Origin: Anolis carolinensis
Taxonomy: Eukaryota
Length of the DNA: 64,000 nucleotides
Reading direction: 5' to 3'
NCBI RefSeq assembly: GCF_035594765.1
Contig: NW_026943819.1
Span: 17,596,703-17,660,702, forward strand
The position numbers and the translations under genes were made by a program. Below, piece by piece: positions 50,835 to 63,946 of this stretch. Position 1 is the first letter of the stretch. The number at the start of each line of letters is the position of its first letter. The notes under the pieces were generated by a model, which searched no databases, had not been told where the DNA came from, and was given only the letters and a program-made list of their open reading frames with translations.

Positions 50835-51420
50835 TGTCACGCGCTGGGCCTGTAACTGATTGTCTATTATATAGGACGTACACTTTACGCCCAGCGGGAA
50901 GCCAGGGTGCCTAAAGAAAGGTTGTTGAGGATTTCCTTGAAAAGATGGCCTCTGAGTCTTTAAAGAAATAACAAAGTCTTTATTGACGAACAAATAATAA
51001 ATCTTCAAGGAGTCTTGTCCCCAAGGGACAGGCGATTGGCTTTGAATAACTGTGAAAACCCTCTTATAACCTCTCCCAGGCTGTCTATTATCTGGGCCTA
51101 GCTGATCTGGGACCCACTGCCGACTCCAAATGCGTCTGGGTGTCGAGTGGACCTACCAGCCAAGGCTTGCAGATGTTTCTGTGCTGCTGTTCTGTATCCC
51201 CGGACGGTCTTGAAATATGAAGCTTTTCTACGGGACGAACTGGTCTACATCCTATAGCTGAGCTTCCTAAGTGAGACTAACTTAAAAATGGCTCCTTCCC
51301 TCCCAGAGCCCTGAGCAAGGGGCGGAACCAAACTTAATGGTGATCGACAGGTGGCCTGTCCTATGATTGCAAACACTTGCAGAAAGAAAATAAAATTGGA
51401 GCTTTCTGGTACAGCTGTAC
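50835..51420 (-). mobile_element. LTR-like repeat, inverted copy of 11730-12335
   Basis: Direct sequence match. Confidence 0.55.
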
Positions 51421-52255
51421 CAGCACAACCATGAAAATCCTTTTCGTGGGCACCAGCGAGGTGAGTGAGAGAAACCACTACTGAACAGACTAGAGGAGGT
51501 TGGGAAGAATTCGCCATGATTTACAGGAGTTGTAGGGACTGGCATGTATAGTTCATCTACAATCTAAGACCAATGATGGACCTGAAACTAACTTGGTACA
51601 CAGACCCAACATGGCCAAATGTACATACTGCCAGGGTTTGGGTGTGATTGACCTTGACATCCAGGAGTCATAGTTCACCCGTATTCAGAGAACACTTCTC
51701 TCTCGCTCTCCCTCTCTGCTATTGGAAATTGTGGGAGTTGTAGTCCAAAACACTAGCTGAGCCTTTGCTGCTGCCCTTCCAAATGAGATTCCCTTCCATC
51801 CTTTTTTTCTCTCGCTCTCTCTGCTGTTGGGAATTGTGGGAGTTGAAGTACTGAAAAGCACTGAGAGGGATGGTGGATGGGGCCAAATGTCTGCAGTGTG
51901 GAAACCTCTTCATTGAAAAATACGCAAGACAAGTGACTGCACTGAACAGTGTGATTGTAAGGTAGGGAAAAACTCCTTTTTATTATGGAATGGAGTTAGA
52001 CGGAAGTCTTTTCTTCTGAACACTTCCAGGCGTAATCTGATGAAGTTCAGAAAACAGCATGAATGGCAATCATTAGTTTTTTATCTTTAAAATTCTTTAG
52101 GATCGGTCGATATCACCAATGGAGAAACTGCTTCATTTGCATCAAAGATGCATAGGCCAGACGAATGGACATGATGATCAGAGGTGTTGGATTTGTTAGT
52201 CCACTGCGCCTATAAAGTTAATCTTTAGTTCTGAAAAATACCAAAAAGCTTTGTT

Positions 52256-52460
52256 TTATTTCTTACCAAATCTGCACGTCTGAAGGCATTCTCTCACTGA
52301 ATGAAAGTTATTATCATTTCCTCCACAACCGTTATAAATGAATAGTTGACATGTCTTATTCTCAGCATTATAATAATAGTGAGGAAAATATCCATTGCAA
52401 AATCCCTCTGAATTAGGGAGTGTACTTAATTTTGGGAAAGATCCTGGGTGGGGGGACGTC
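52256..52460 (-). pseudogene. B-type Kunitz exon, out of phase at the acceptor, Cys5 changed to Ser
   Basis: 194 nt between AG at 52461-52462 and GT at 52266; C-run 1 nt shorter than in the 26.5 kb copy; AATAAA at 51979-51984. Confidence 0.7.
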
Positions 52461-53517
52461 CTAAAAGGGTGGAAGATGGGAAACACAACAACAAAATCTA
52501 TGGTATCATTTATACAAATTTCAGTCTCATAGCAGAAGAGTTTCTGTCATGGCAAAATAGTTTTTCATAGAATTCGGTTAGAGAATTTGGTTAGAGAGAG
52601 GGGAGGGGAGGTATGTTTGGGAATTATGTGGTATGAGGCATATCTGCTAACATTTCAGTGATGATAACCAACCATGTGTGACCAAGCACCAATACTTTGT
52701 GATCAAGATGGAAAAAGTTATTAATGAAGAAGAGCTCACAAGCTAGGAGAGAAAAGGGAGAGTGTCCTCCATTGTAAAGGTATTCACTTGCGGGCAGCTT
52801 AGGGCACATTGGGGGTCTTAGGTGCAGTTGAATTTAAAAGGACTGATAGCAATCATATTGGTTAATCCAAAGATAATAGGCACATTGTAAAACTAGTTGA
52901 TCTGAAGTGTCTAATGTAATCAGGAATATAGCAATAGGATTCAGACCTTAGTGGTAGGGGATTTGCTTCTTCTGCCTCCCAAGCCATTTACACTGAGCAG
53001 TTTTGCAATAACTCTTTCCAGAGTGGATTTACTTTTCAAGTGCTAGATTCTTCTCACTTCCTATTGTCAACCTTGAGTAATTTGTAAGTTGTAACTTGGG
53101 GAGCCCCGGTGGTGAAGTGTGTTAAAGCACTGAGCTGCTGAACTTGCAGACCGAAAGGTTGCAGGTTCAAATCCCGGGAGCGGAGTGAGCACCTGCTATT
53201 AGCTCCAGCTTCTGCCAACCTAGCAGTTCGAAAAACATGCCAATGTGAGTAGATCAACAGTTTTGCAATAACTCTTTCCGAAATTAGTTTACACTTTTCA
53301 AGTGCTGGATTCTTCTCATTTCCTGTTGTCAACTTTGAGTACCCCCAAGTTGTAACTTGGGGACTGCCTTTACACATATTCAGCCAAGGGCTGCTGTCAC
53401 GTTACTGCTTTTGAGAAACAACCAATTTCACATCAACCCCAATGCACAAAAGGATGTTATGTACATTGATTACATTTCTCAGCTTCACAATACAAGGTTT
53501 CTAAACATCTCTGCTAC

Positions 53518-53561
<44 letters not shown>

Positions 53562-54120
53562 TTGACACAAAGACATAGTATGACACAGCAAACGAGATAT
53601 ATATGCTGGATTTCGTATTGCAAAACCACAAATTGAACAATTCCCAAGTGTATACTCTGTAATGTATTTTTGGATGATGCATGCAGATCCCAGTAAGGTG
53701 GCCTTTCTGTGTTGGGGTGAAAGTATTTGGCGATGCTTTCATCCTGGTTGGAGGCACGGCCGACAGCAGATGTCACACAAGGTGGTGTTTTGTCCAGCGT
53801 CAGCCTCCATCCCCCAGAAGGGATGAAAGCGTCCTAGGATGCTGATCTCACCCCGTCTGATTTTTAAGTATGTGTAATAGTATGCAATATAGGCCATGAT
53901 GGAGACCTTTAGCCATTAAAAACAAAACCTGTGGATGATTTATTTTTACCTTACCTATACACTTTGAAACACATTCATCCTGTGTTAAAAAGTTATTTGC
54001 ATTTCCTCCGCAGCCACCATAAAGGAAACCCTCACATTGCCCAGTTTCGATGTCAAAGTAAAAACGATGCAAGGATCTTCTGCTGTGATTTTACATGCTT
54101 TCAATGATGTTTTATACTGT

Positions 54121-54169
<49 letters not shown>

Positions 54170-54443
54170 GCAGCTCTGGCATAAACCAGTACAGGCGGGC
54201 CCAGTGATAATTGGCACACTTGGTGCCGTGCCAAAAGATCTCAGCCGGCATTTGGAAACAATAAACATTCACAAAATTTCCATCCATCAACTGCAAAAGG
54301 CCACCTTACTGGGTTATGCATGCATCATTTGAAAATATATCACACAGTCCTAAACACTTGAGAAGTGTTTGACTCGTGATTTTGTAATATGAAATCCAGC
54401 ATATATATCTCATTTGCTGTGTCATACTATGTCTTTGTGTCAA

Positions 54444-54490
<47 letters not shown>

Positions 54491-55969
54491 GTAGCAGAGA
54501 TGTTTAGAAACCTTGTATAGTGAAGCTGAGAAATGTAATCAATGTACATCACATCCTTTTGTGCATTGGGGTTGATGTGAAATTGGTTGTCTCTGTAAAG
54601 CAGTAACATGACAGCAGCCCTTGCTGAATATGTGTAAAGGAAGTCCCCAAGTTAGGTAAAGGTAAAGGTTTCCCCTGACGTTAAGTCCAGTCATGTCTGA
54701 CTCTGGGGGTTGGTGCTCATCTCCATTTCTAAGCCAAAGAGCCGGCGTTGTCCGTAGATACCTCCAAGGTCATGTGGCCGGCATGACTGCATGGAGCGCC
54801 TTTACCTTCCCGCTGGAGTGGTACCTATTGATCTACTCACATTTGCATGTTTTCGAACTGCTAGGTTGGCAGGAAAAAAGGTAAAGGTTTCCCCTGACGT
54901 TAAGTCCAGTCATGTCTGATTTGTAAGCAAGTGTAATATTATGCAATATAGGCCATGATGGAGACCTTTAGCCATTAACAACAAAACCTGTGGATGATTT
55001 ATGTTTACCTTACCTTCACACTTTGTAACACAGTCATCCTCTGTTAAAAAGTTATTTGCATTTCCTCCGCAGCCACCATAAAAGAAAATCTCACATTGCC
55101 ACCTATTGGTGTCAAAGTAAAAACGAGGGAAGGATGCTTTACAACGTCCAATTTTCTTTGGAAGCTTGCATACGGGATCCACTAGAAAGGAGAGAAAGGA
55201 AAGCAAGAATTTGTACAAGTTCAACTGTAGATTACAACATTATAAAACTGCAGCCCAGGAGAAGAGGGAAGGGGAAGGAATATGACAGCACTTCCCAGTC
55301 TAAATAATAATTTATTTCCATATAAATTTCCATGCGCTCCTGACAACAGCCTTCTTCAAAGAGTGAAAGATTATGGGATACCTTAATGGGATCAGAACTT
55401 ATTTGCTATTGAAAACGGCCAGGGAATATCAAGTGAAGCAACCTATATTAAGGAGGAAGGTGATGCCAAACCCCCTCCGAGTACTTCTGGCCACAGAAAA
55501 TCCTATGAAATTAATAGGCTTGGTATACATTGGAAGGTAAACGGAAGGAATATACATTTTAGTATTATGTTATGACTTCAGTCAAGGGGTGTACCGCAGT
55601 GTACAATTAATGCAGTTTGACACTAATGAAACTGCCATGGCTCAAGGAGAGTTTTAGATTGACAAAGTCTCACCAAACTACAAATCCTAGGACTTCTTAG
55701 TACTGAGCCATGATAGCCAAAGTGGTGTCTTGCTGAATAAAAACCTGTTTTTGCCATCAACCTAGCATAATATTCAGTATTCCCCTTTCTGTTCAATTCT
55801 CACTTACTTTGCAAGGGGGGGTTGGGGCGCAAATGGCAAACAAGCATTCAAACATAGCAAAAATGGTGCTCTTACGATTATCATAGCGATAGGCATCCAG
55901 TGGTCCAAACCAGGAGAACAGAAATCCCATAAGAACGAGGATGAGGAGGAGAATATGATTATATATCAT
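52426..55969 (-). CDS. Kunitz gene C4, single domain with P1 Lys, about 98 aa. Exons 55969-55876, 55181-55014, probable terminal 52460-52426
   Basis: Signal peptide [31 protein letters not shown]; 168-nt exon [34 protein letters not shown]; splicing into the B exon gives [11 protein letters not shown]. Confidence 0.72.
53955..54081 (-). pseudogene. 5'-truncated Kunitz exon, paralogue of 30305-30138
   Basis: [36 protein letters not shown]; acceptor half replaced by an inverted segment. Confidence 0.8.
54655..54919 (-). mobile_element. Sauria SINE 3' part plus a duplicated tail of about 40 nt, within an inverted segment
   Basis: Reverse complement of 27290-27512; 54880-54919 repeats 54661-54700. 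Confidence 0.75.
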
Positions 55970-57323
55970 TTTTGATGTGAATGCCCGATGTTGAATAAAG
56001 CTACTTTTTAAAGGCTTCCATAGGGAAATATAGGTAGAACAATTAGTCAACAAGTAAGGACATTGTGGAGTTGGTCTGCTTACTTCAGAGTAACTCCCTG
56101 TTCTGCAATAAGTACTATTACGTTCCACTGGGGCTGAATTGGAGCCATAAAGCCAATGAGCATCATCTGGACCTGGCCAGGAAGAGATTAATTCCTATGA
56201 TATGGCATTGATACAAGCATTATATTTTGTCATGCAAATAGGTGTAATCAGGCCTGTAGCTGGGAGGGAGTTGGTGGTTCAAAACACCCCCAAAATTTTT
56301 CACATTAAAATCCTTGGTTTATTCATGGATTTTAACTGGTTAAACAAATCCCCATGCTAAGTCTACGAGAAGCTAAAATGAAGAGTCCCTCCAGATCTGC
56401 AAGCATAATCTCAAGCAAAAGTTGACACATTATTCACACTGTCATTACCTACCTTTCCACCAATTTACATTGAAATAGCAACAATGGCAGCAATAGCCGA
56501 TATACAGTAGAGTCTGTCTTATCCAACATAAATGGGACGGCAGAATGTTGGATAAGCGAATATGTTGGATAATAAGGAGAGATTAAGGAAAAGCCTATTA
56601 AACATCAAATTAGGTTATGATTTTACAAATTAAGCACCAAAACATCATGTTATACAACAAATTTGACAGAAAAAGTAGTTCAATACACAGTAATGCTATG
56701 TAGTAATTACTGTATTTATTAATTTGGCACCAAAATATCACAATGTATTGAAAACATTGACTACAAAAATGTGTTGGATAATCCAGAACGTTGGATAAGC
56801 GAATGTTGGATAAGTGAGACTCTACTGTACTGGAAGCAACAAATTTGGCCCACCTGCAACTGGCAGGCAAAGCCTAAGGCCGAGGGGAAAATTTAAAGGT
56901 GTTCACAAAAGAGACCAGACTTGGTGGGGGCAGTTGACAGGGGCAGAGCTGCAGGATATTTAAGGTTGCTCCATTTTCAAATACCAACAACTAATTTTAA
57001 AATAACATGTAATCATTTCCAACTTATAGCAACCCTAGAACCTGCCACATGATTTTCTGGGGCTGAGAATGTGTAGTTCACCCAATATTCCATGACTGAA
57101 CAGGAAATTGAACCCTGGACTCTGAAGTCATAGTCCAATGCTCAAGCCAATGCGTTATTCTGGGGGAAAGCACATGCATTGGCACTGAGCTGGTGAAATG
57201 CAGGGGCAACTGAATGTGTGATGATATATACAGAGGGACTAAACATGGAGTAATGATTCTCAGCCTGGTCAGGAATCTATAGCACTGTAAAATGAATATA
57301 ATTTGACACGACTTTGCCAGCCA

Positions 57324-57650
57324 TGGAGCTCTCAGTGGCGTAGCGGGTTAAACCGCTGAGCTACTGAACTTACTGACCAAAAGATTGGCAGTTCGAATCC
57401 TGTGAGCGGGGTGAGCTCTTGCTGTTAGCCCCAGTTTTTGCCAACCTAGCAGTTCAAAAACATTCAAATGTGAGTAAATCAATAGATACCACTCCGCCTG
57501 GAAGGTAACGGCGCTCCATGCAGTCATACCGGCCACATGACCTACGAGACATCTATGGATAATGCCAGCTCTTCATCTTAGAAATGGAGATGAGCACCAC
57601 TCCTCTGAGTCAAATATGATTAAACTTAATATCAGGGGAAAACTTTACCT
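57324..57650 (+). mobile_element. Sauria SINE
   Basis: Colinear with 27181-27512. Confidence 0.8.
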
Positions 57651-57880
57651 TTATTTTAACAGCAATGGCTCAGTGCTATAGATCTTTGGAAGTTGTTGTC
57701 TTACGTGCTCAGCTGCTCAAACAAAGAATGCTGATACCTCACCAAGCTACCAATCCTAGGATACCATAGCATTGAGACAACGAAGGCACGTAAATTGGTA
57801 TTAATCTACATTAATTCCATGGTGCACCCTTGGATGCTTAATGTGAATGCCCAGTACTTTGCTACAACTATTTTATGGGA

Positions 57881-58495
57881 CAGTGATGGCCAACCTATGA
57901 CACGCGTGTCAGCACTGACACACCTAGCCATTTTTGCCGCATGCAGATTGATTGGATGACTATGTCTTTTGTGGCCAAATTTGATGTGATTTGGTCCAGT
58001 GGTTTTGTTGTTTACTCCATGGGAATTATGCACATTACATTTATGTAGAAGAGCTGGCATTTATGTGTGTTTATTTATTATTTATAATTACAGTAGAGTC
58101 TCACTTATCCAACATAAATGGGCCGGCAGAACGTTGGATAAGCGAATATCTTGGATAATAAGGAGACATTAAGGAGAAGCCTATTAAACATCAAATTAGG
58201 TTATGATTTTACAAATTAAGCACCAAAACGTCATGTTTTACAACAAATTTGACAGAAAAAGTAGTTCAATATGCAGTAATGCTACGTAGTAATTACTGTA
58301 TTTACGAATTTAGTACCAAAATATCATGATGTATCAAAAACATTGACTGCAAAAATGCGTTGGATAATCCAGAATGTTGGATAAGTGAAACTCTACTGTA
58401 TTATGGTTTTTTTCTCAAAGTGACACACCACCCAAGTCATGCTAGGTTTTTTGGTGAATTTTGACACACCACGCACAAAAGCTTGCCCATCATTG
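57881..58495. mobile_element. hAT element with nested Tigger-like MITE
   Basis: Same family as 16442-16954, in the opposite orientation. Confidence 0.7.
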
Positions 58496-58757
58496 CTATA
58501 GGAGGAAATGGAAAAGGGTGCATGAACAATGAATCCGTTAACAGGAACATTTTGGGACTCTTGTTCTTTGAAAGAGGTTCCTGTTTCTATTAAAACTTCT
58601 CATTGAATGCTGGAATGTTATTTTTAGTGGCATTTGATCAACATAGAGAGACACTATGATGCTGATACAAACTTGCTGGTTTTTCATAGACATACCCACT
58701 CTCCCTTCCTTTTTAGTGTTTTCAATGCTAGCATACCCTGCCTGCCCAAGCTCTCAA

Positions 58758-59431
58758 TCTATATATATAAAAGGGTAATGAAATTTCAGCCTAGGACAAA
58801 ACAACAAAACTACACATCCCAGAAACACTAAACTTGGCAGCACAACCCCTCATCCATGCCTCTACGTTCATGCAACAAAAAGAAAAGAAAAATAAAGTCC
58901 TAATTAGGGGGAGAGGAATAATAGTTTTTATCCAATTGCTGCCAGTTTGAAGGCTAAGCTCCGCCCACTTGGTCTCCTAGCAACCTACTCAGCCCAGGGT
59001 ACAGGCACAGTTAGGCCTCACTTAGGTCTCTTCCACAGATTATTAGATTTTAACTGGATTATATGGCAGTGTAGACTCAAGGCCCTTCCACACAGCTATA
59101 TAACCCATTTAGAATCTTATATTATCTGCTTTGAACTGGATTATCTTGACTCCACACTGCCATATAATCCACTTCAGTGTGCATACTAAACATAAAGACA
59201 ACCATACAACAGACATCCAATACCACCACTACCTCAACAATTTCTCACCAACACCACCAGACAATGCCACAGCAACGCATGGCCGGGCACAGCTAGTATA
59301 ATAAATAAAAAGATAAATTACAATAAAATTAATTTTAAAAATACAAATAACGTCAAATAAAAATTACACAACAAATTTTAACCTATACCACCACCACTTT
59401 GCCACAGCAACGCATGGCTGGGCACAGCTAG
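58758..59431 (+). mobile_element. Helitron-like element with two tandem 3' termini
   Basis: TC start; hairpin plus CTAG at 59293-59296 and again at 59428-59431. Confidence 0.7.
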
Positions 59432-60168
59432 CGAAGTATAAAAGCCTGTATGGCAGAAGCATCTTTTGAACTCTCCCTTCAACTGCCCTGAAATGTTCAA
59501 CTAGAGTTTCCAGGTCTCAGAGGTTTTGTTGAGGCACAGTGCCAAAATTAGTCTCTTTTATTTCCCAGGCAGAAACGATAAACGAGGAGATTAAAATACA
59601 ATAGTTTTATTCTGCAGAAAAGCGCCAAGGGGTGGGTTATAAATTGCCAAAGCGGAGTACCACACTTTTCTCTCATGCAGCATAGGCTTATAGTCTCAGA
59701 TTGACGTAAACATGCACACACACAATCAAACCTCCTTTCCCCTTTTTCCTGTCGGTATTTTTCCGTCTCAACTTTATCCTGCAATTGAGTCGCACCTCTG
59801 TTTCTCCTTGTCCCTCTTTCTTCCTAAACAAAACAATCTTTCTCAAAACAATCTTCTGTGCGATTTTTCTTTCCTCCCATCTCTGTACACTATCCTTAGC
59901 TGTCCTGGAGAACACTCTTATGTTTCCTGTTAGTTGCCATGTAAAGTAGCACCATTTTATTCTTGGCCCCAGGCAGCAAAGTACTCTGGTTCAGATCTGC
60001 TCCATATTGAGAAAGAGTTTTGACAACAAAGTCAAAGCAAATTCGGAGACAAAGTTGCACGTATTAATTTAATTTTCCATATGTAATTCTCAAGTCTTTC
60101 ATGTAGACAATAAATTCATTTAGATAAAAAAGAGCACAAGAAAGAAAACCAATGAAATGCAGAAATAG

Positions 60169-60307
60169 TTTATTGAAGAGCATGCAATGTTGGTACAATA
60201 GACTTCTGACTTTTCCCAAGTGCTTTCATTCCAAAAGAACAAGTGGCGTGGTAACAGATCTCTGAATGTTCCAGTCTATGGTCTGCATTATGACGCTAGT
60301 GATTTTT
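60169..60307 (-). other. Family-A-type terminal exon (EKSLAS*, stop 60288-60290, AATAAA 60169-60174)
   Basis: Acceptor ttccatccacAG, phase 1; homologous to 3990-4127 including the upstream intron. Confidence 0.65.
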
Positions 60308-61261
60308 CTGTGGATGGAAGAAAGAAAATCTGTCAGATGGGAACAATGGCATCGAATGTTCTGAATTTCAGTAGCCATTAAAAAAAGATACTGAGATTAG
60401 AAACACAACTATCTTCTCAACTGTCATCCTGAGTTCATTTATCTGATAGTAAGCCCCACTGCACTCACTGGGGCTTCTTTTACCATAAAGCTGTATGCGA
60501 TCCTGCTATCCCAGTGCTAAACTGTTGGAGTGCAGCTATGCTCTACACAATGGTCCTAAAGATACTAGAGGTTGTGGAGTAAGAACCTAACAGAGAAGTG
60601 ACACATTTATTTCTAGATGTGGAGAAAGCCTTTGATTATGTTCATTGGGAGTTTATAGAAAAAGTACTTGCTCATTATGGGGCAGGTCAGCAATTAAAAG
60701 AACAGTCTGTAATGTTTACTCTTTAAAATTGGTCTTACAATTACCTTTTTTCAGGCAAGATGGTACCCTACCCTGGCCCATAGAAGCATTGACAATTGGC
60801 CAACCCCCCTCCAAGGTTTTGGAAAAGGGAAAATGAGAATGCTAAAGAATGCTAATCCTCCCTCAGTGGGATTAGATCAGCCCCTTCCCTCCTGTCATTT
60901 TGCAAACAAGTAAAAACTTGGCTTTGGGAGCAAACATTTGGCCCAGCATAATTATCTGTACAATATAGTTAGAACTGGCTTTGAATTGATGAATATAATT
61001 ATCTGATTATCTGGCTTTGGATCTATGCACAACAGTCGTCTGATGTCTACATATGTTGTTTTAATGTTGTCTTAAATTGTTGTTTAATTGCCTTTAATGT
61101 TGTTGTTTGGGCATGGAATAATGCCACTCATTTAAGCCACTCTTCGGGGTGAGAAGGGTGGGGTATAAATGTCATAAATAAATAAACCGAAGAGAAAAAT
61201 TATTAGAGTACTGTATATCCAAATGGCCAAGCTATCCAATAGCATTCGGGAAGGAAGCAAA

Positions 61262-62212
61262 GCATAAATTAAATTATCACATTGCCCACTTATGATGTCA
61301 AAGTAGAAACGAGGAAGTTCTTCATGACAAAGTCTAGTGTTTTCTGGATGTCCGCATTTGGAAGTGGACTTCCCTATAAAGGAGAGAAAGGAAAGCAAGA
61401 ACTTGTACAAGTTGAGCTGTAGATGACAGCACTATAAAACTGCAGCTCATGAGAAGAGGGAAGAGGGAAGGAATATGACAGTACCAAGACTAAATAATTA
61501 ATTTCCATACAAATTACTATGCATGCCAGCCTTTTTCAGAGACTGGAAAATTATGGGATTTGAGGGTGCTATTTTGTGGCTTACAGAATTTTAATTCCTC
61601 GATAGCACCAGAACTCATTTGCTATTGAAGACTGCCAGGGAATACCAAGTGCAACAGCCTATATTCAGGAGCAAGATGATGCCAAACTCCCTCTGAGTAC
61701 TTCTTGCCACAGAAAACCCTATGAAATTCATAGGGTTGGTATACATTAGAAGGTAAATAGAAGGAATGTACATTTTAATATTATTTTATGACTTCAGTCA
61801 ATGGGTGTACCACAGTGTATAATTAATGCACTGACACTACTGTAACTTCCATGGCTCAATGTGATGGAATTTGGAGAGTTTAGTTTGACAAGCTCTTTAC
61901 TCTGCAAAAGAGCCCTGGTGCTCACCAAACTACAAATCCCAGGACTTCTTAGTACTGAGCCATGACAGTCAAAGTGGTGTCAAGTTGAATGACAACACAT
62001 TTTTTGCCATCAACCTAGCACAATCTTCATCTTTCCCCTTCCTATTCCATTCTCACCTATTTTGCAAGGTGGGCAAATGGCAAACAGAGCCATTCAAACC
62101 TAACAAAGATGGTGCTCTTACCTAAATCATAGTGATAGGCATACAGTGGTCCAAACCAGGAGACCAGAAATCCCATAGGAAGGAGGAGGAGGACAATTTG
62201 ATTATACATCAT
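61262..62212 (-). pseudogene. Kunitz gene C5: intact signal exon 62212-62122 and truncated Kunitz exon 61373 to about 61262
   Basis: [30 protein letters not shown]; exon CGHPENTRLCHEELPRFYFDIISGQCDNLIYA, after which homology ends (no GGC.GN motif, no donor). Confidence 0.75.
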
Positions 62213-62643
62213 CTTTGATGTGAATGCCCAATGTTGAATAAATCTACTTTTTAAAGTCTTACATGAGGAAATGTAGGTAGAACAATTAGTTAACAAGTAA
62301 GGACATTGTGGAGTTGGTCTGTTTACTTCAGAGTAACTCCCTGTTTTGCAATAAGTATTATTACGTTCATTTAGGGCTAAATTGGAGCCATAAAGGAAGC
62401 AAAGAAGACTTTGTTAGGAAATGAGGCTATCTAGAAAGGAAGACAAAAATATACTTTAAAGTAGTTGCAAGGGGAATTTATTAATGTAGGATAAGGGTAG
62501 GGTTTTTTTTGAGATATTAGTTTCACACTGCGTGGTGTCGGAGGCAAAGAGTGGGGGAACCTCTCCTGAAGATCTCGGGGCCCGGGCATGTTCATACAAG
62601 GGGGTGCGGTTGACCAAAAAGCCTGGACCTGAACCATCTAGGA

Positions 62644-63346
62644 CAGGGGTCCCCAAACTTTTTAAGCAGAGGGCCGGTCCACAATCTTTCAGACTGCTGA
62701 GGGGCCGAATTATCATTTTAAAAAAATACAAACAAATTCCTATGCATACTGCACATGTCTTATTTGTAGTGCAACAACAACAACAACAAAAGAACAATAC
62801 AATATTTAAAAATGAAAACAATTTTAACCAACATAAACCTATTAGGATTTCAATGGGAAGTGTGGGCCTGCTACTGGCCAATGAGATAGTCAAGTTAATT
62901 AGGATTGTTGTTGTTGTTGTGTGCCTTCAAGTCATGTCAGACTTTGGCCGAGCCTAAGTCTAAAATTAATTATTTATTTACTGCATTTATCTACTACATT
63001 TATATCCCACCCTTCTCACCCCGAAGGGGACTCAGAGCAGCTGTATGTACATACAATATATTATATTATTAGCATAACACAATATTAGCATTATATATTA
63101 CTATATTGAACTATACCACTATAGTATTATATAATATGTAATATATAACATATAATTAATATTATTATATGGTTTTACTATTAGTATTATATTGTATAAC
63201 GTAAGATTATTATCGATATTATATGTATATACAATATATTATATTATTAAAACTGATATAAAAATATTATATTATAAAACTGAGGGCCAGGTAAATGACC
63301 TTGGAGGGCCGCATCCGGCCCCCGGGCCTTAGTTTGGGGAACCCTG
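62644..63346. mobile_element. hAT non-autonomous element
   Basis: TIRs, TSD ATCTAGGA, empty site at about 17105. Confidence 0.82.
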
Positions 63347-63772
63347 ATCTAGGACTTTAAAGGTCATAACCTTTAAAACTACATAACTAACGACCTTAAC
63401 AGAAAGGCCAGGCGAAGCGTATCACTTTCCCTGGTTTCTGCCGAGGAAAGAGGGAGCAGCGGGGTGAATCTCTGCGCTCAGCTCCCTCTCGCAATGCTTT
63501 CGACATCACATGGTGAAAGTGTTGCCCTTGAGGGGAGGCCTCGCATGATGGGGTGAAATCGTTTTGTTATGCTTTCATCCTGGGTAGGGGTGAGTCCGAT
63601 GCCAGATGTTACACAACGTGGTGTGATGTCCGGCGTCGGCCTCCGTCCTAAGACACTGATTTCACCCCATCTGATGAGTTCGTAAGTATGCGTAATATTA
63701 TGCAATGTAGGCCATAATGGAGACCTTTCGCGATTAACAACACAACCTGTGGATGATTTATTTTTACGTTAC

Positions 63773-63946
63773 CTCCACATTTTGAAAAGCATTCATCCCA
63801 TGTTAAAAAGATATTTGCATTGCCTCCGCAGCCACCATAAACGAAATCCTCACATTGCCCACTTTTGATGTCAAAGTAGAAAAGAGGAATGCTTGCTTTA
63901 CAAGGTCCAGTGTCTTTTGGAAGTCTGCATATGGAAGTGGGCTCCC
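63773..63946 (-). CDS. Kunitz exon of gene C6 (signal exon beyond the window), BPTI-like P1 Lys
   Basis: 174-nt exon [40 protein letters not shown]; AG at 63947-63948, GTAACG at 63772. Confidence 0.85.
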
